From: Candidatus Hydrogenedens sp.
GTDB lineage: Bacteria; Hydrogenedentota; Hydrogenedentia; Hydrogenedentales; Hydrogenedentaceae
Assembly: GCA_049968235.1 (NCBI GenBank)
Contig: JBMFRC010000004.1
Span: 96,001 to 160,000, forward strand
Direction: 5' to 3'
DNA length: 64,000 bases
Below are positions 1 to 10,700 of this stretch, piece after piece; positions within the stretch are counted from its first letter, which is position 1; each line of letters starts with the position of its first letter. The notes beneath the pieces are model-generated. The model worked only from the letters and a program-made list of their open reading frames with translations, ran no database searches and was not told the origin of the DNA. A program made the position numbers and the translations under genes.

Positions 1-100
1 CACATGTTTCCATAAAATTCCTTCTTTAAAACCTAAGACACACTCCTTATAAAATGCTTTATAACAATTGTAAAACTTATCTAAACAAATTCAGATAAGG

Positions 101-121
101 GGTTATCACGAACAGTCCGAG
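101..121. repeat. 21-bp sequence GGTTATCACGAACAGTCCGAG, 20/21 identical to 3788-3808 (3' end of lipoprotein gene 3782..4741)
   Basis: Direct comparison of the two loci; degenerate flanking similarity (gtctga, ggtgg, attaaatc blocks) extends to ~60 bp. Confidence 0.7.
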
Positions 122-213
122 AGTATATGGATAGATTCGTCTGAGGTGGTGTATATTAAATCACATAAAACATAAAATATCAATAGTCTTCTCGACTGAA
201 TCTTAACAAAATA

Positions 214-1164
214 TTACCATTCGTCCAGTTCATAAGGACCTGCTCCAATTACTTGTTCACTCTCTACATCCACCCAAATTACTCCATGGTTCTCTTTATA
301 TCCTCCCCAAATTAACGGAACTTCCCAAGCATAAAAAAATTTGCTATTATTATTTGAAAGATTTTTTGGACCCCTTATTAAGAAAAAATTTATAGAAGGA
401 GCTATTACTAATTTAGGGTTTATATCTTCATTCATTTTCACAGAATACCTTGAAAAATACGGGTCATTTTCACACCATTTTTTTACTATATTTATTATCT
501 TTGTATTGTCTATTTTTATTTCAGGATTTATGTGATTAGAAGGAAGAGAAGGGGGAATATTAATATATCTGATAATTTCCCCATTCTCCATAGAAACCCA
601 TATTCTTAACACATGTTTTGAACGACAGGGAACATTTTTCAAACTAGATTTAAAAATAAACTCATAAGAACAAACTCTATCTAAACGGATTACTTTATAT
701 TCACTCGATATTTTATATGGGCTTTTTATTAAAAAATCTCCTGATTTTATTAAATTCTCAATTTTTTCCGAAGCTTTAGCTTCAGATAATAATTTATCAT
801 TCTTCACATCATTATCTTTTATAGTATTCATTAGATCAAGTAAATTTGTTATCTCAAAATAATAGACTCCCTTACATTCTCTGTCTATCCAGACATAATA
901 TTTGTTATCAAGTAATAAAGGTATATATTCACCTGATGGAATCTGAGAAGTTAAGAACTCACCTTTAAATTTATTCTCTTCTAAAATATTTATTTTTTCC
1001 ACTTTGTAATCCGCAACATTTGCAAAAAAATCCCTTATATAATTTTTACACTTTTCGTCTAACTCTTTTTCTTCCGAGTATAATGTTGATGTTAAACTAA
1101 ATAGAAGAAAACATATTATAATTAGATTTCTTTTTCTACTGTTCATCATTTTTTCATCCTCCAT
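214..1164 (-). CDS. hypothetical secreted protein (N-terminal signal peptide), Asn/Lys/Ile-rich; in AT-rich block
   Basis: ORF track; N-terminus MNSRKRNLIIICFLLFSLTSTLYS looks like a signal peptide; I recognise no domain; stop overlaps the start of the next gene. Confidence 0.5.
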   Translation of the reverse strand: MEDEKMMNSRKRNLIIICFLLFSLTSTLYSEEKELDEKCKNYIRDFFANVADYKVEKINILEENKFKGEFLTSQIPSGEYIPLLLDNKYYVWIDRECKGVYYFEITNLLDLMNTIKDNDVKNDKLLSEAKASEKIENLIKSGDFLIKSPYKISSEYKVIRLDRVCSYEFIFKSSLKNVPCRSKHVLRIWVSMENGEIIRYINIPPSLPSNHINPEIKIDNTKIINIVKKWCENDPYFSRYSVKMNEDINPKLVIAPSINFFLIRGPKNLSNNNSKFFYAWEVPLIWGGYKENHGVIWVDVESEQVIGAGPYELDEW

Positions 1165-1973
1165 TATTTCTTTTCAACAATTGCTATTTCATGCACTTCA
1201 TTATACGATGTATTTACAGCGATTAGAATTCTCTTTATACTACCTCTATTAAAGCACTTACCATTACTACTATTATGAAAGAATATAATGTGGTAACCAC
1301 TTATGAGATTGTCTGAAACAATGTCTTCAATTCCATTTTTGAAATTAGAAAGATAATTCATTTCTATTCCGAAATAATCGAGTATAGGCATCAGATGATA
1401 TTCAGAAATACAATTTTTAATAGATTTACTATCATTATTACTTAATGAAGAATATATATTTCTTTTAGAACGATACAAAAAACTGTATAAATTTCTAATC
1501 TGACAACTTTTCCTATCAAAAATAACCATTACATATGGGTCATACTGAAGATTAATTGAAAAGATGTTCACTATATCATTATTTTTATTTGGGAAACAAT
1601 TATTTTCAGGGACAAAAATAATTTCTATACCATTATTGTTTTGCTTAAAACATCCGAAAGGGAATTTACACTCATATATTGAATTAAGTAATAAAACAAT
1701 CTTATCGAAGTCTGTTTGTATCATTAGATTTTTGTCACATAAAGTTGTTTCTACTTTATCAATTTTTTCTAAATCTAATACTTTAGATGAAGCAAAGAAA
1801 CAATTACCTTCCCATAAACCAAGTTTAACTCCAATAGGATAAATAAATATTGAAGAAGAATGAATAATCTCTATTAAATTTTCTTTGCACATATTCAAAC
1901 AAAAATATCCTAAAGAGGAAAAAACCATAGTCAAGACCAAAATTACCAATAAAGATAGTAAAGTAACTCTCAT
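1164..1973 (-). CDS. hypothetical secreted protein (signal peptide), Cys-containing, AT-rich block
   Basis: ORF track; N-terminal hydrophobic signal MRVTLLSLLVILVLTMVFSS; stop/start overlap with downstream ORF suggests an operon. Confidence 0.5.
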   Translation of the reverse strand: MRVTLLSLLVILVLTMVFSSLGYFCLNMCKENLIEIIHSSSIFIYPIGVKLGLWEGNCFFASSKVLDLEKIDKVETTLCDKNLMIQTDFDKIVLLLNSIYECKFPFGCFKQNNNGIEIIFVPENNCFPNKNNDIVNIFSINLQYDPYVMVIFDRKSCQIRNLYSFLYRSKRNIYSSLSNNDSKSIKNCISEYHLMPILDYFGIEMNYLSNFKNGIEDIVSDNLISGYHIIFFHNSSNGKCFNRGSIKRILIAVNTSYNEVHEIAIVEKK

Positions 1974-2002
1974 ACTAACAATTCAGTCTATTTCTATTAA
2001 AG

Positions 2003-2695
2003 TTAAGGATAAAAATCCTGATATCCTAATCTCCAGAATTTATTAAATAAACAACAAAAAGACATTTTTTTCTTATTAAAATTATAGTAAAATTCAAAGG
2101 GAATGTTATACAAAACATCTGTAGAGAATTCTTTATTGTCTGAACTACCATAGATATTTATTCTTTCAACAGTCTCCTTTGGCCATAAATCAGCAAACCT
2201 CATACCACCTGAAATATAAATATTCTCATCCGATGTTTTAATAGAGTATAATTTCTTATCTTTTCTAAGCTGTAAATAATCTAATAAAGAAAGTGTTAAA
2301 TTAAATACTTCTTCTTCCCTATAGTTAAAAAATTTTTCTAATACAGAATATTTACCTATTGGAGGACCTTCATAGAATATTACATTAAGCGTTGCTGGAT
2401 CGGTTACCAAATAAAAAATTTTCCCATTATCTGTTTTATATTCTATATAATAATATTCTCTCACCCGTGAAAAATCCATAATATGCCAGGTATCAAAATC
2501 TCCTAAAAATCGTTTTTTAGGAACCGCATTTCTCTCACCTAAAATTTCTTGTAAAAATATAGTATTTGCTTTATATACCTCTTCAGGAACATCAGCAAGG
2601 GAATAAATCTCCAATGCTTCTCTGAATATAAATGCAGAACTCACCACTAATCCAAAAGCAAACAATATAATTATTATATATATTTTCTTTTCCAT
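2003..2695 (-). CDS. hypothetical secreted protein (signal peptide)
   Basis: ORF track; N-terminus MEKKIYIIIILFAFGLVVSSAF is signal-like; co-oriented and tightly spaced with its neighbours. Confidence 0.45.
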   Translation of the reverse strand: MEKKIYIIIILFAFGLVVSSAFIFREALEIYSLADVPEEVYKANTIFLQEILGERNAVPKKRFLGDFDTWHIMDFSRVREYYYIEYKTDNGKIFYLVTDPATLNVIFYEGPPIGKYSVLEKFFNYREEEVFNLTLSLLDYLQLRKDKKLYSIKTSDENIYISGGMRFADLWPKETVERINIYGSSDNKEFSTDVLYNIPFEFYYNFNKKKMSFCCLFNKFWRLGYQDFYP

Positions 2696-2717
2696 TTCTA
2701 TGTTTTTTTAATTAAAA

Positions 2718-3761
2718 TTAAAATATATCATCAAACCACTCATCTCCAAGTACTCTAAAATGAATATCGTATCCTGTTTCATCATAAGTATCTATCCATG
2801 CTTTATTTGCTGAGAGCGAAACTTTACGATAATTATATTCAGGAGCATAAACTAAATAATACCAAAAATAAGCGTCATATTTTAATAAGAGACTCTCCAG
2901 ATATTCTTCATCAAATCCTAATGCACAATTTGCATTGAAAACATCTTTCCAGGTGGATAATCTTGTTCCTGTATAACATGCAAAAAGATAGATAAATCTG
3001 TAGTTATGTTCCCTATTATAATAATTTACTGATATAGTATCTAATGCATCAAATTGTGAACATGCAGGAGGGTCTATGCATTCACAAGTAAGTGTGAAGT
3101 AACCGTCAACCTGTAAACATAATTGCTCACCATCAGCTGAATGTCCATCAAATACGAATATATCATGATGACATTTTAGTGATTCTAATACTGGGTCAGG
3201 GGTTGAAGGCTGGTCAATATATGTAACATAGCATCCTTGAGATTCTAATACACTCCGAGCATCAGATTCTCCTGGTAAAAGACTCCTTGTATCTCCATGA
3301 GCAATTAATACAGACGGTAATTTTTTAAACACACTTTTGACGTTAAGTTCATTGGTGTTAGGGGAAATGTGGATTTCGCCGTTTTGGCTTTCCCATTTGT
3401 TCATGTATATCTCCAATGGGTTGATACCGCCAATATTTTGATATTGACCATCTCCATTTTCTATCTCCCAATGGTCAAAGCTATATCCCAGACACGATTC
3501 CGCTGTCAGTTCTACTTTATTTGCATACATATCTTTATTGCTCAATATCTCATCTAAAAAACCCCCACTTGGAGTAGAATAATATCCATACAATATAGGT
3601 TTAAAAGGAAACGGGTTCCACCCATAATTCACTTTTCGACTATCATCAAACCCAATGGAGTCCGGATAAAAATTCACTAAAGGTCCCATTTTAATTACTC
3701 CCCCTTTATTAGCAATACATTCATTACCCGATATACAACCTACATCATAATTTAAGTACAC
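2718..3761 (-). CDS. hypothetical protein with caspase-like (clan CD cysteine peptidase-like) His/Cys dyad signature; GTG start; no signal peptide
   Basis: Hydrophobic strand then His (DIFVFDGHSADG), ~55 aa later a hydrophobic strand then Cys (FIYLFACYTG), like caspase SHG / QACxG spacing; start codon read as GTG at 3759-3761. Confidence 0.35.
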   Translation of the reverse strand: MYLNYDVGCISGNECIANKGGVIKMGPLVNFYPDSIGFDDSRKVNYGWNPFPFKPILYGYYSTPSGGFLDEILSNKDMYANKVELTAESCLGYSFDHWEIENGDGQYQNIGGINPLEIYMNKWESQNGEIHISPNTNELNVKSVFKKLPSVLIAHGDTRSLLPGESDARSVLESQGCYVTYIDQPSTPDPVLESLKCHHDIFVFDGHSADGEQLCLQVDGYFTLTCECIDPPACSQFDALDTISVNYYNREHNYRFIYLFACYTGTRLSTWKDVFNANCALGFDEEYLESLLLKYDAYFWYYLVYAPEYNYRKVSLSANKAWIDTYDETGYDIHFRVLGDEWFDDIF

Positions 3762-3781
3762 CTTATCCGTAACAAGTGCAA

Positions 3782-4741
3782 CTAAGTGGTTATCGCGAAC
3801 AGTCCGAGGATAAGGGGGGGATTAAATCCTGTCTGAACCGGTGGATACTCAATTGCTGGACGTACGAAATAATAATTGTCTTCCTGACTAAACCAGAAAA
3901 CCAAGGATTTACTTGTTTCTGGAAGAAATGCTAAATAAAAGTATGAATAATTGGTATTATAACAACTCCTTGAAAAATTACCTAAATAACAACCCGGATC
4001 TAATAAACAGCCATAACAATCATATCCATTACAAAACAGTGTTCCTGACACTCCTGATGGAAATAAAGATAAATTAACTGTATTATAGTAAATCTGGTAT
4101 GGAAAAGTATAATAGTATTGATATCGGATAGCTACATTCTCCGGTTTCAACATCTGTATCTGCACAACATTTTCAAAAAAACGAACCCCACCTATAGTCA
4201 ACATAAAATTTGGTGGAGAATTCCCTTCTACTTCTATTTCCGCAGTCTCTCCATAATCAAAATATTTCGTTTTGATCCATTGACTACTAGTCTCTATCAA
4301 TTCTTCATTACTTCCTCCTAAGATATTTACTTCTCCCGGTGCCGGCGCAGGATAAAATTTTTCTAAAACTACACTTAATCTTTGTCTCCCTTCCACCACC
4401 GCCGTTATTGTGGTATTTCCACTCAATATAAAACAGGTCACTGGTAAAAGGAAATTAGATACTGTATTTAGGCCATACGATTCCAAATAATTCCCATATA
4501 AAGATGCTTTCCATCTGATAAAGGTATAACCTTCTGCTGGAGTAAATTGCAATACTACCATCTGACCCTTTTTATATGTTGGGCCTTCAGGATATACCTC
4601 TATAGTCCCTGCATCTGTTAAAGTAGATCCAGTTAAATTCTTTATACTTAAGTCTAATGAAAAATTTTCTCCACAATCACACAGTTGGGGCAACTCCTGT
4701 GGGCAACCTGTTAAAAGAATGGAAACTATGCAAAAGAGCAA
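3782..4741 (-). CDS. hypothetical lipoprotein (lipobox LLTGC), Tyr/Asn/Gly-rich
   Basis: ORF track; N-terminus MLFCIVSILLTGC is a lipoprotein signal with Cys; C-terminus ...LILGLFAITT is encoded by the 21-bp sequence that recurs at 101-121. Confidence 0.5.
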   Translation of the reverse strand: MLFCIVSILLTGCPQELPQLCDCGENFSLDLSIKNLTGSTLTDAGTIEVYPEGPTYKKGQMVVLQFTPAEGYTFIRWKASLYGNYLESYGLNTVSNFLLPVTCFILSGNTTITAVVEGRQRLSVVLEKFYPAPAPGEVNILGGSNEELIETSSQWIKTKYFDYGETAEIEVEGNSPPNFMLTIGGVRFFENVVQIQMLKPENVAIRYQYYYTFPYQIYYNTVNLSLFPSGVSGTLFCNGYDCYGCLLDPGCYLGNFSRSCYNTNYSYFYLAFLPETSKSLVFWFSQEDNYYFVRPAIEYPPVQTGFNPPLILGLFAITT

Positions 4742-4803
4742 AGGAACAAAACATAATAGATTGTTATAAATTACCTTTTTCGTTTTTCTTCCCTCCTATT
4801 TCT

Positions 4804-6318
4804 TTATTGCGGGTTTATATTTTGCAGAAAAGATTTCTGTAATGGTTCTAAAGCAGGGTCGTAATTGGAAAATAGAGATTCTTCCAGGTCATTCATTCGC
4901 CGATTGTACTTTAACTGTTCCATGGGATGAATCTGCTGGGTTACTAATCTCGCTCGCAAATCCGAATTCGGTGTGCGTTCCGATATATCCCGATAATATC
5001 CGGTCACCTTTTCTCGTTCTCCACTTCTTCGACTCCCTTCTATTTCCATCGCTATCACCTCTAAACTCGCATCTATCGGACTTCGCTCTATCTGCTTCGC
5101 CCATGAATTTGCATTCCTCGCTATCTTTGAACCCGGATATTTTTTCGCCAGCCCGCCATATATCTCTCCTACCTCCGAGTACCAACCATATCGCAGAAAA
5201 TATCTACCCATTTTTTCCAACACACTTACCTGTTCATTATATAAATTTCTATCTATTACCCCAGGCAACACTCCCCAGTTTAATATCTCCTTGCCTAATT
5301 CCCGCATCCGTTTTACTTCATGTCCTTTCTGCAAATATTCTGCTAACAATAATTTCGCCCGTATCTGCACTACATCGCTGGCATCTGTCTGTTTGATTAC
5401 TTCCTCAAGGCTATCTCGAATTATCTTATCCCATTTCATATATTTACCTAATTGACTTAACATTACTATCTGCCCATATTGACATATACTATCCTTCTCA
5501 CTTACTATACCATGGGCTAACTTTTGTATTCCCAACTCTATCCTATTTCGTTCTCTATCTAATTCAGTTATCTTCTCAACTATACAACCTAAACTCGGCA
5601 TATCTGTCCCAATGCCCATCAATACACCCGCTCCATATACATTTAGCATCTCTACTACTCGTTCAAAAAAATATTTCTGTCCTTTTATATCCTCTACATA
5701 TTGTTTCTCCATATATTCCAATACCGGCAATAAAGACATCTGACGAACTATATTTAGACCTTTATAGGGCTTTGCCATTTCTAAAGTTTTCACTGAAAAT
5801 TGTATCGGGTCCTCTTTACAAAACTCCCTCGGCATTCCCAACATGCATATCACAGAGGAGATAAACTGCACACCTCGATGGAAACTATTTGTCAATCCAT
5901 ATAATTTTACATAGCCTGTATATTTCATCATATCTTTTTCATTCAATAATACCAGTCCACTTATTAACTCATCCGTCGGATATTTACCAAAATCTTCTAT
6001 TCGATTATCTCCCATTCCTCGCTCAAATTCGATTGTTCCAAATTTACCTCCCATGTATTGTTCCATGCCGAATATAAATAATTGGACAGGGCTTATCAGT
6101 ATATCTACACATTGCACATCATCCGCAGGCATCTCACGAAATAGATACACCAACCTCTTTAATCCGTCTCGTCCTTTGCCTGAGCATATCTCATCATAGG
6201 CAAGTTGTTCTTCTGCCTTCACCTTTTGTAAAAATGCTGGGTCAAGACTGTAGGAACTAATAGAACACAAACTACTGATAATTATTACACAACAGGAAAG
6301 ATATACAGACTTTCTCAT
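4804..6318 (-). CDS. hypothetical secreted protein (signal peptide), 504 aa
   Basis: ORF track; N-terminal signal MRKSVYLSCCVIIISSLCSISSYS; no domain recognised; composition less AT-skewed than genes to its left. Confidence 0.5.
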   Translation of the reverse strand: MRKSVYLSCCVIIISSLCSISSYSLDPAFLQKVKAEEQLAYDEICSGKGRDGLKRLVYLFREMPADDVQCVDILISPVQLFIFGMEQYMGGKFGTIEFERGMGDNRIEDFGKYPTDELISGLVLLNEKDMMKYTGYVKLYGLTNSFHRGVQFISSVICMLGMPREFCKEDPIQFSVKTLEMAKPYKGLNIVRQMSLLPVLEYMEKQYVEDIKGQKYFFERVVEMLNVYGAGVLMGIGTDMPSLGCIVEKITELDRERNRIELGIQKLAHGIVSEKDSICQYGQIVMLSQLGKYMKWDKIIRDSLEEVIKQTDASDVVQIRAKLLLAEYLQKGHEVKRMRELGKEILNWGVLPGVIDRNLYNEQVSVLEKMGRYFLRYGWYSEVGEIYGGLAKKYPGSKIARNANSWAKQIERSPIDASLEVIAMEIEGSRRSGEREKVTGYYRDISERTPNSDLRARLVTQQIHPMEQLKYNRRMNDLEESLFSNYDPALEPLQKSFLQNINPQ

Positions 6319-6596
6319 ACTCTATTCTCCTCTTTTAAGGTCTGTTCCTATTCAATTTTTCCTATACTACTTAATTAATTGTCTTTTTTAATTATAAAAA
6401 AAAAAAATTATTTGTCAAGACCTTTTTCTAAATTTTCTAAATTTTATAAATTAATTATTTTGAAAAAGAATGTTTTCTCCCATAAAGAACATTATTGAAC
6501 AAACCCTAAGTATGTATGACTTTTCTTTTATATAATATTTCTCCAAGGTAACATAAAAGTGAATAAAAACATAACTAACCCAACATATTCTAATCA

Positions 6597-7610
6597 TCAC
6601 TTTTTAATTTTGTATAGTCTTATTTCATGGGTTTTGTTGGGACAAACGACTTCTGCATAGACCCATATTTCATTATTCACCCAGATCCATTGTGAATAAC
6701 GAAATGTTGCAAACATATCTCCCGGTGTATTACTTACTAAAATTGGGGAATCCGGAGTCAAATCAATAATATTATGTAAATCAAAGGTAAATCCTAATCC
6801 TGTAGCAATATTGTAAACAGGGTCATACCATTTTGTATTTGAACCCTCATAAACAAATAGGAACCCAACACCGATAGGTAAGATAGAAGCAGGTCTCACA
6901 AAGAAATTATGCCAACCATTTAAGTTCATAATTGGCTCATTTACATCTCCTACAGGTTTCCATACCTCACCATCTTCACTTGTAAAATGAAAAATCCACT
7001 CATTTTCTCGAATATAACCAATGGTATAACAATGGTAAATACCACCATTTATGAATATAACAGGATCTTTATATCCACGGGGACGAATATCTCTTTCAAA
7101 TCTTTTTTCAGGAGGTAATATTACTCGTTTTGCAGTCTCGGGTTGAAAATTTTCGGGCGATTCAACATCATCAAATTTTAAGATAGACCATATACCATCA
7201 TTATTTGGAGCACATGCATATAGTTTAAACTTTTTTGTAATAGGGTCTATTATCATTGCAGGGCGTTCAAAACCGGGAACAGGAACCTGTTCTCTCAAAA
7301 TACTTTTAACTTTATCAAAATGCTCTCCATCTTTGCTTTTTAGAATTCGGATTTCATATCCACGAAATCCCCTCTGTCCTTCTGCTGTTCTCATCCTGCA
7401 TGCAAGCCAAAAAGCTCCTTCTTCATCCTGCACTACCGATGGAGCTCCTGCCCACCACTCGGGTTCATCTTTATCGGGGCGAAGTATTAGTTGATAGTTT
7501 GAAAATTTTTCCCTGATTTTTAAGAAATTCTTTTCAATTTCCGGGCATACAAATTCATCTGGAGATGCGGTCTTAATAAAACAGATAACACAAAACAGCA
7601 CTGCATTCAT
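6597..7610 (-). CDS. beta-propeller-fold glycoside hydrolase-like protein (GH43/GH130-superfamily-like), signal-like N-terminus
   Basis: WWAGAPSVVQDEEGAFWLACRMR-type motif and Trp/Gly-rich blade-like repeats; ~337 aa as for 5-bladed propeller GHs; family call is by resemblance only. Confidence 0.4.
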   Translation of the reverse strand: MNAVLFCVICFIKTASPDEFVCPEIEKNFLKIREKFSNYQLILRPDKDEPEWWAGAPSVVQDEEGAFWLACRMRTAEGQRGFRGYEIRILKSKDGEHFDKVKSILREQVPVPGFERPAMIIDPITKKFKLYACAPNNDGIWSILKFDDVESPENFQPETAKRVILPPEKRFERDIRPRGYKDPVIFINGGIYHCYTIGYIRENEWIFHFTSEDGEVWKPVGDVNEPIMNLNGWHNFFVRPASILPIGVGFLFVYEGSNTKWYDPVYNIATGLGFTFDLHNIIDLTPDSPILVSNTPGDMFATFRYSQWIWVNNEIWVYAEVVCPNKTHEIRLYKIKK

Positions 7611-7734
7611 TTTTTATATCCTCTTATTTATTGTTTTTATGTTTAATGTGTATTTGTTATAGTATAATTTGACCTTACATCTCGATTAAAAGTAAAATTT
7701 TAACTTTCAAGTTCGAGACAATTAAGGGTTTTGC

Positions 7735-10700
7735 ATGTTCCCGAACCGACAAAAATTGAATATGAATGGAGTTTGGCTCTTCATCCCTGACTGTGAAAAT
7801 ATAGGTGAAGAGAATCGATGGTATTTAAATCCGCCCGTTGACCAGGGAGCGGAAATTTCACTTCCTTTGTTAGAACCCATCTATGATATTAGCGATTCTA
7901 CTGCATTGTGGTTTATTAAAGAATTTAATATTGACAATTTACACGATGAAACTCTTCTGTTTCTATACTTACAGAATGTTAATTTTAAATCCGTTATATG
8001 GCTAAATGGACAGTATATAGGAATCCATGAGGGTGCTTTTACCCAATTTAACTTTAATATCACACGACATGCGCACATCGGGAAGAATTTACTTGTAATT
8101 AAGGTATCTCCATTTCCACAGCAGAATCTATCAAAGTTTACCATGATATATGATTCATCATGGATACAATTTCCGGGAATTTGGGGCGAGATATACATTG
8201 AATTCGTTCCTCGTTATCACATCCAAAATGTTCAGGTAAAACCGGATATACGTGGTAAAAGAATAGTAGTCAATGTATATGTAAATCATAGAGATAGTGT
8301 GTTGCGGGCAACAATACCTGAATTAAATACGGAGATAAAAAGTAAAAAACCGAAACTGATAATACCTTTGAAAGATTTTGAGACATGGGGGCCTCATTCT
8401 CCTAAGTTATACACTCTGCAAGTAGAATTTGTAACCCCAACATCTTCTGATTTTGCAGAGGTTCAGTTTGGAATGCGAGATTTTAGTATAAATGAAAACC
8501 AATTTACATTAAATTTTAAACCTTTTTTTGTTCGGGCATTCCATTTTGATTGGAATATAAAAGATTTAAATAGTCCTTCTTATTTAGATGATAATCTGAA
8601 AGATTTTTTTTCAAAACTACGTAAAGACAATTTTAATTTGATTCTATCTTATGGACAACCCTTACCTGAAAAGATACTTCGTATTTGTGATGAACACGGA
8701 ATTATGGTCGCTCAGACTCCCTCGATACAATCTGATACTAATTCAAAGAAATGGAGAGAACTGGCACAAACTGAAATCGAAGAATTGTTAAACAATAATA
8801 TTAACAACCCTTCTTTTGTATGGTTATGGTTTGAATACACATCAAATAATTTTAATATTTCAAAGTTTGTCCATAATATTCGTAAAATAGACCGAAGTAG
8901 ATTAATTACGGTATATTCACCACCTCCTTACTTCAAATATCCTTCTTACTCCTGTATTCCTTATAACATACACTTATTAACTATGGGACAGATATGTACA
9001 CAATCTTTCGATTATGTGAACAACCCAACGCAGAAATTTTTAAGAAATGCTGGTGAGGATAAAATACTTAATTTTGCAGTTCAGACAGTATCAGGGGAAG
9101 TAGAACATCAAAATATAAATATCAGAGATAAATATGAATCTTATATATCTAAAATTAAGGATGGATTTATAGAACGAGATTTAAGTTTAACATTAACATC
9201 TGTCGAGAATCTTTTGGAACAAATAAAAGAAATTCACATTGCTAATTTGCAGGAGTATGTAAATTCTATATTATGGAATCCAAAAATAAAAGGGTACTGT
9301 TTACAAAACTTATCAGAAAAAAGTATTCTTTCTTCTAATGGATTTATAAATTTTTTAAAACTACCTGACAATGTACATAAGCAACTGCGTCAAATAAACA
9401 ACCCTCTTCGCTTAATAATTGCATTAGAAAAAACGAATATATTGCAAGATGAAGAAACCGCTATTAATGTCTCTTTTTTCACCCAAAATGATGAATATCT
9501 ATCAAATGAGACAGAAAATAAAGGTTTATTATCGATTCATATATCCAGTCCGACACAACAGGTATTATGGAAGAAAAGAAAGGATATTAAATTTAAAAAA
9601 GATAATAAGGAACTGTGGGTAGGAGATATTTCTGGTTCCAGAAATATAGGACAACATACATTAGTAGCAAGACTATCATTAAACAATCAAATAATTTCTG
9701 AAATTTCAAGCCCTATAAATGTGTTCCCTATTCCCCAACCTACAAATATCCCCGTTGAATTTATTGATATAAACAAACAATTTTCAAAGATATGTTCTCC
9801 ATGGGTAAAAGAACCCACAACATTCCCGCCCATTTACATAGTTCCTCCTATTTACAATTCCGTGTTTGCATATCCTGAAACTGAATTTATTTCGATGATG
9901 GAGCATGTAAGACATGGGGCAATTGGAATTATTTTCTCCCCTCCTGACGATTGGAATGAACTAATCAAATGGTTGCCGGATTGTCCACAATTTACACCTA
10001 TAAATCTTGGGTATCCCGATAAATTTTTACACTTTCACTATGTAAAACCTCATCCATTGTTTCTTAACCTTCCCAATCGTTGTTTAATGAAACAAGAATA
10101 CAAGAACATCTTGCCATCTAAAGTATTTTTGGAGAAAGGGGATGAAGATATTTGTGGTTGTGTTGTAATTCCACAAGGAAAAGATATGGAACCATTCTGG
10201 GGTTCTGATATTCTTGTTAGTCGTTATGGAGTTGGAAAACTGGTTTTCGTTCACTTAAGAGTATTAGAAAATATACCTGAAGACCCAGTTGCAGTCCATT
10301 TATTTATTAATATGGTAAATTATTTTGCCCGCAGGGCGATTCCTTCCTCAACAGATATTCCATTACCACAAAATACCCTTGAACAATTGCGACTTCAAAG
10401 AAGTAAGAAATTGCGGAAGTGGATGGTTATAGGCGAATTTCCTATTATAAATGAAGAAACGGGAAACACATTATATCCCAATATTGATTCTATAGATTTA
10501 ACCTCAACCTATTGGGGCAAGTATGGAGCAATAGGATGGAAACCCTATTATACCGATATAAAGAAAAACCACCTACTTGATTTTCATGAGGCTTTATCTA
10601 TCCCTTTATCGCCTTATCATCTCGTACAGGATAACGGTGTAGCATTTGCTTTTGCCGAATTTACTTATGAAGACAACGAGGAAATGATTCTGCAAATAGA

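Noticed and set aside
214-1164. Possibility that gene 214..1164 originally read through its TAA into the downstream LGLF(V)ITP-encoding remnant
   Set aside because: Codon-by-codon check shows the remnant is in a different frame from the upstream gene; in-frame continuation gives ...ILSDCS* instead.
4842-5396. 184-aa plus-strand ORF
   Set aside because: It lies entirely antisense within the 504-aa minus-strand gene. Its Ser/Pro/Leu-rich low-complexity product is typical of shadow ORFs opposite a real gene.
6420-6445. Tandem duplicate tctaaatttt-ctaaatttt in the intergenic region upstream of gene 4804..6318
   Set aside because: Only two short AT-rich units in AT-rich non-coding DNA; likely a chance or simple-sequence feature.
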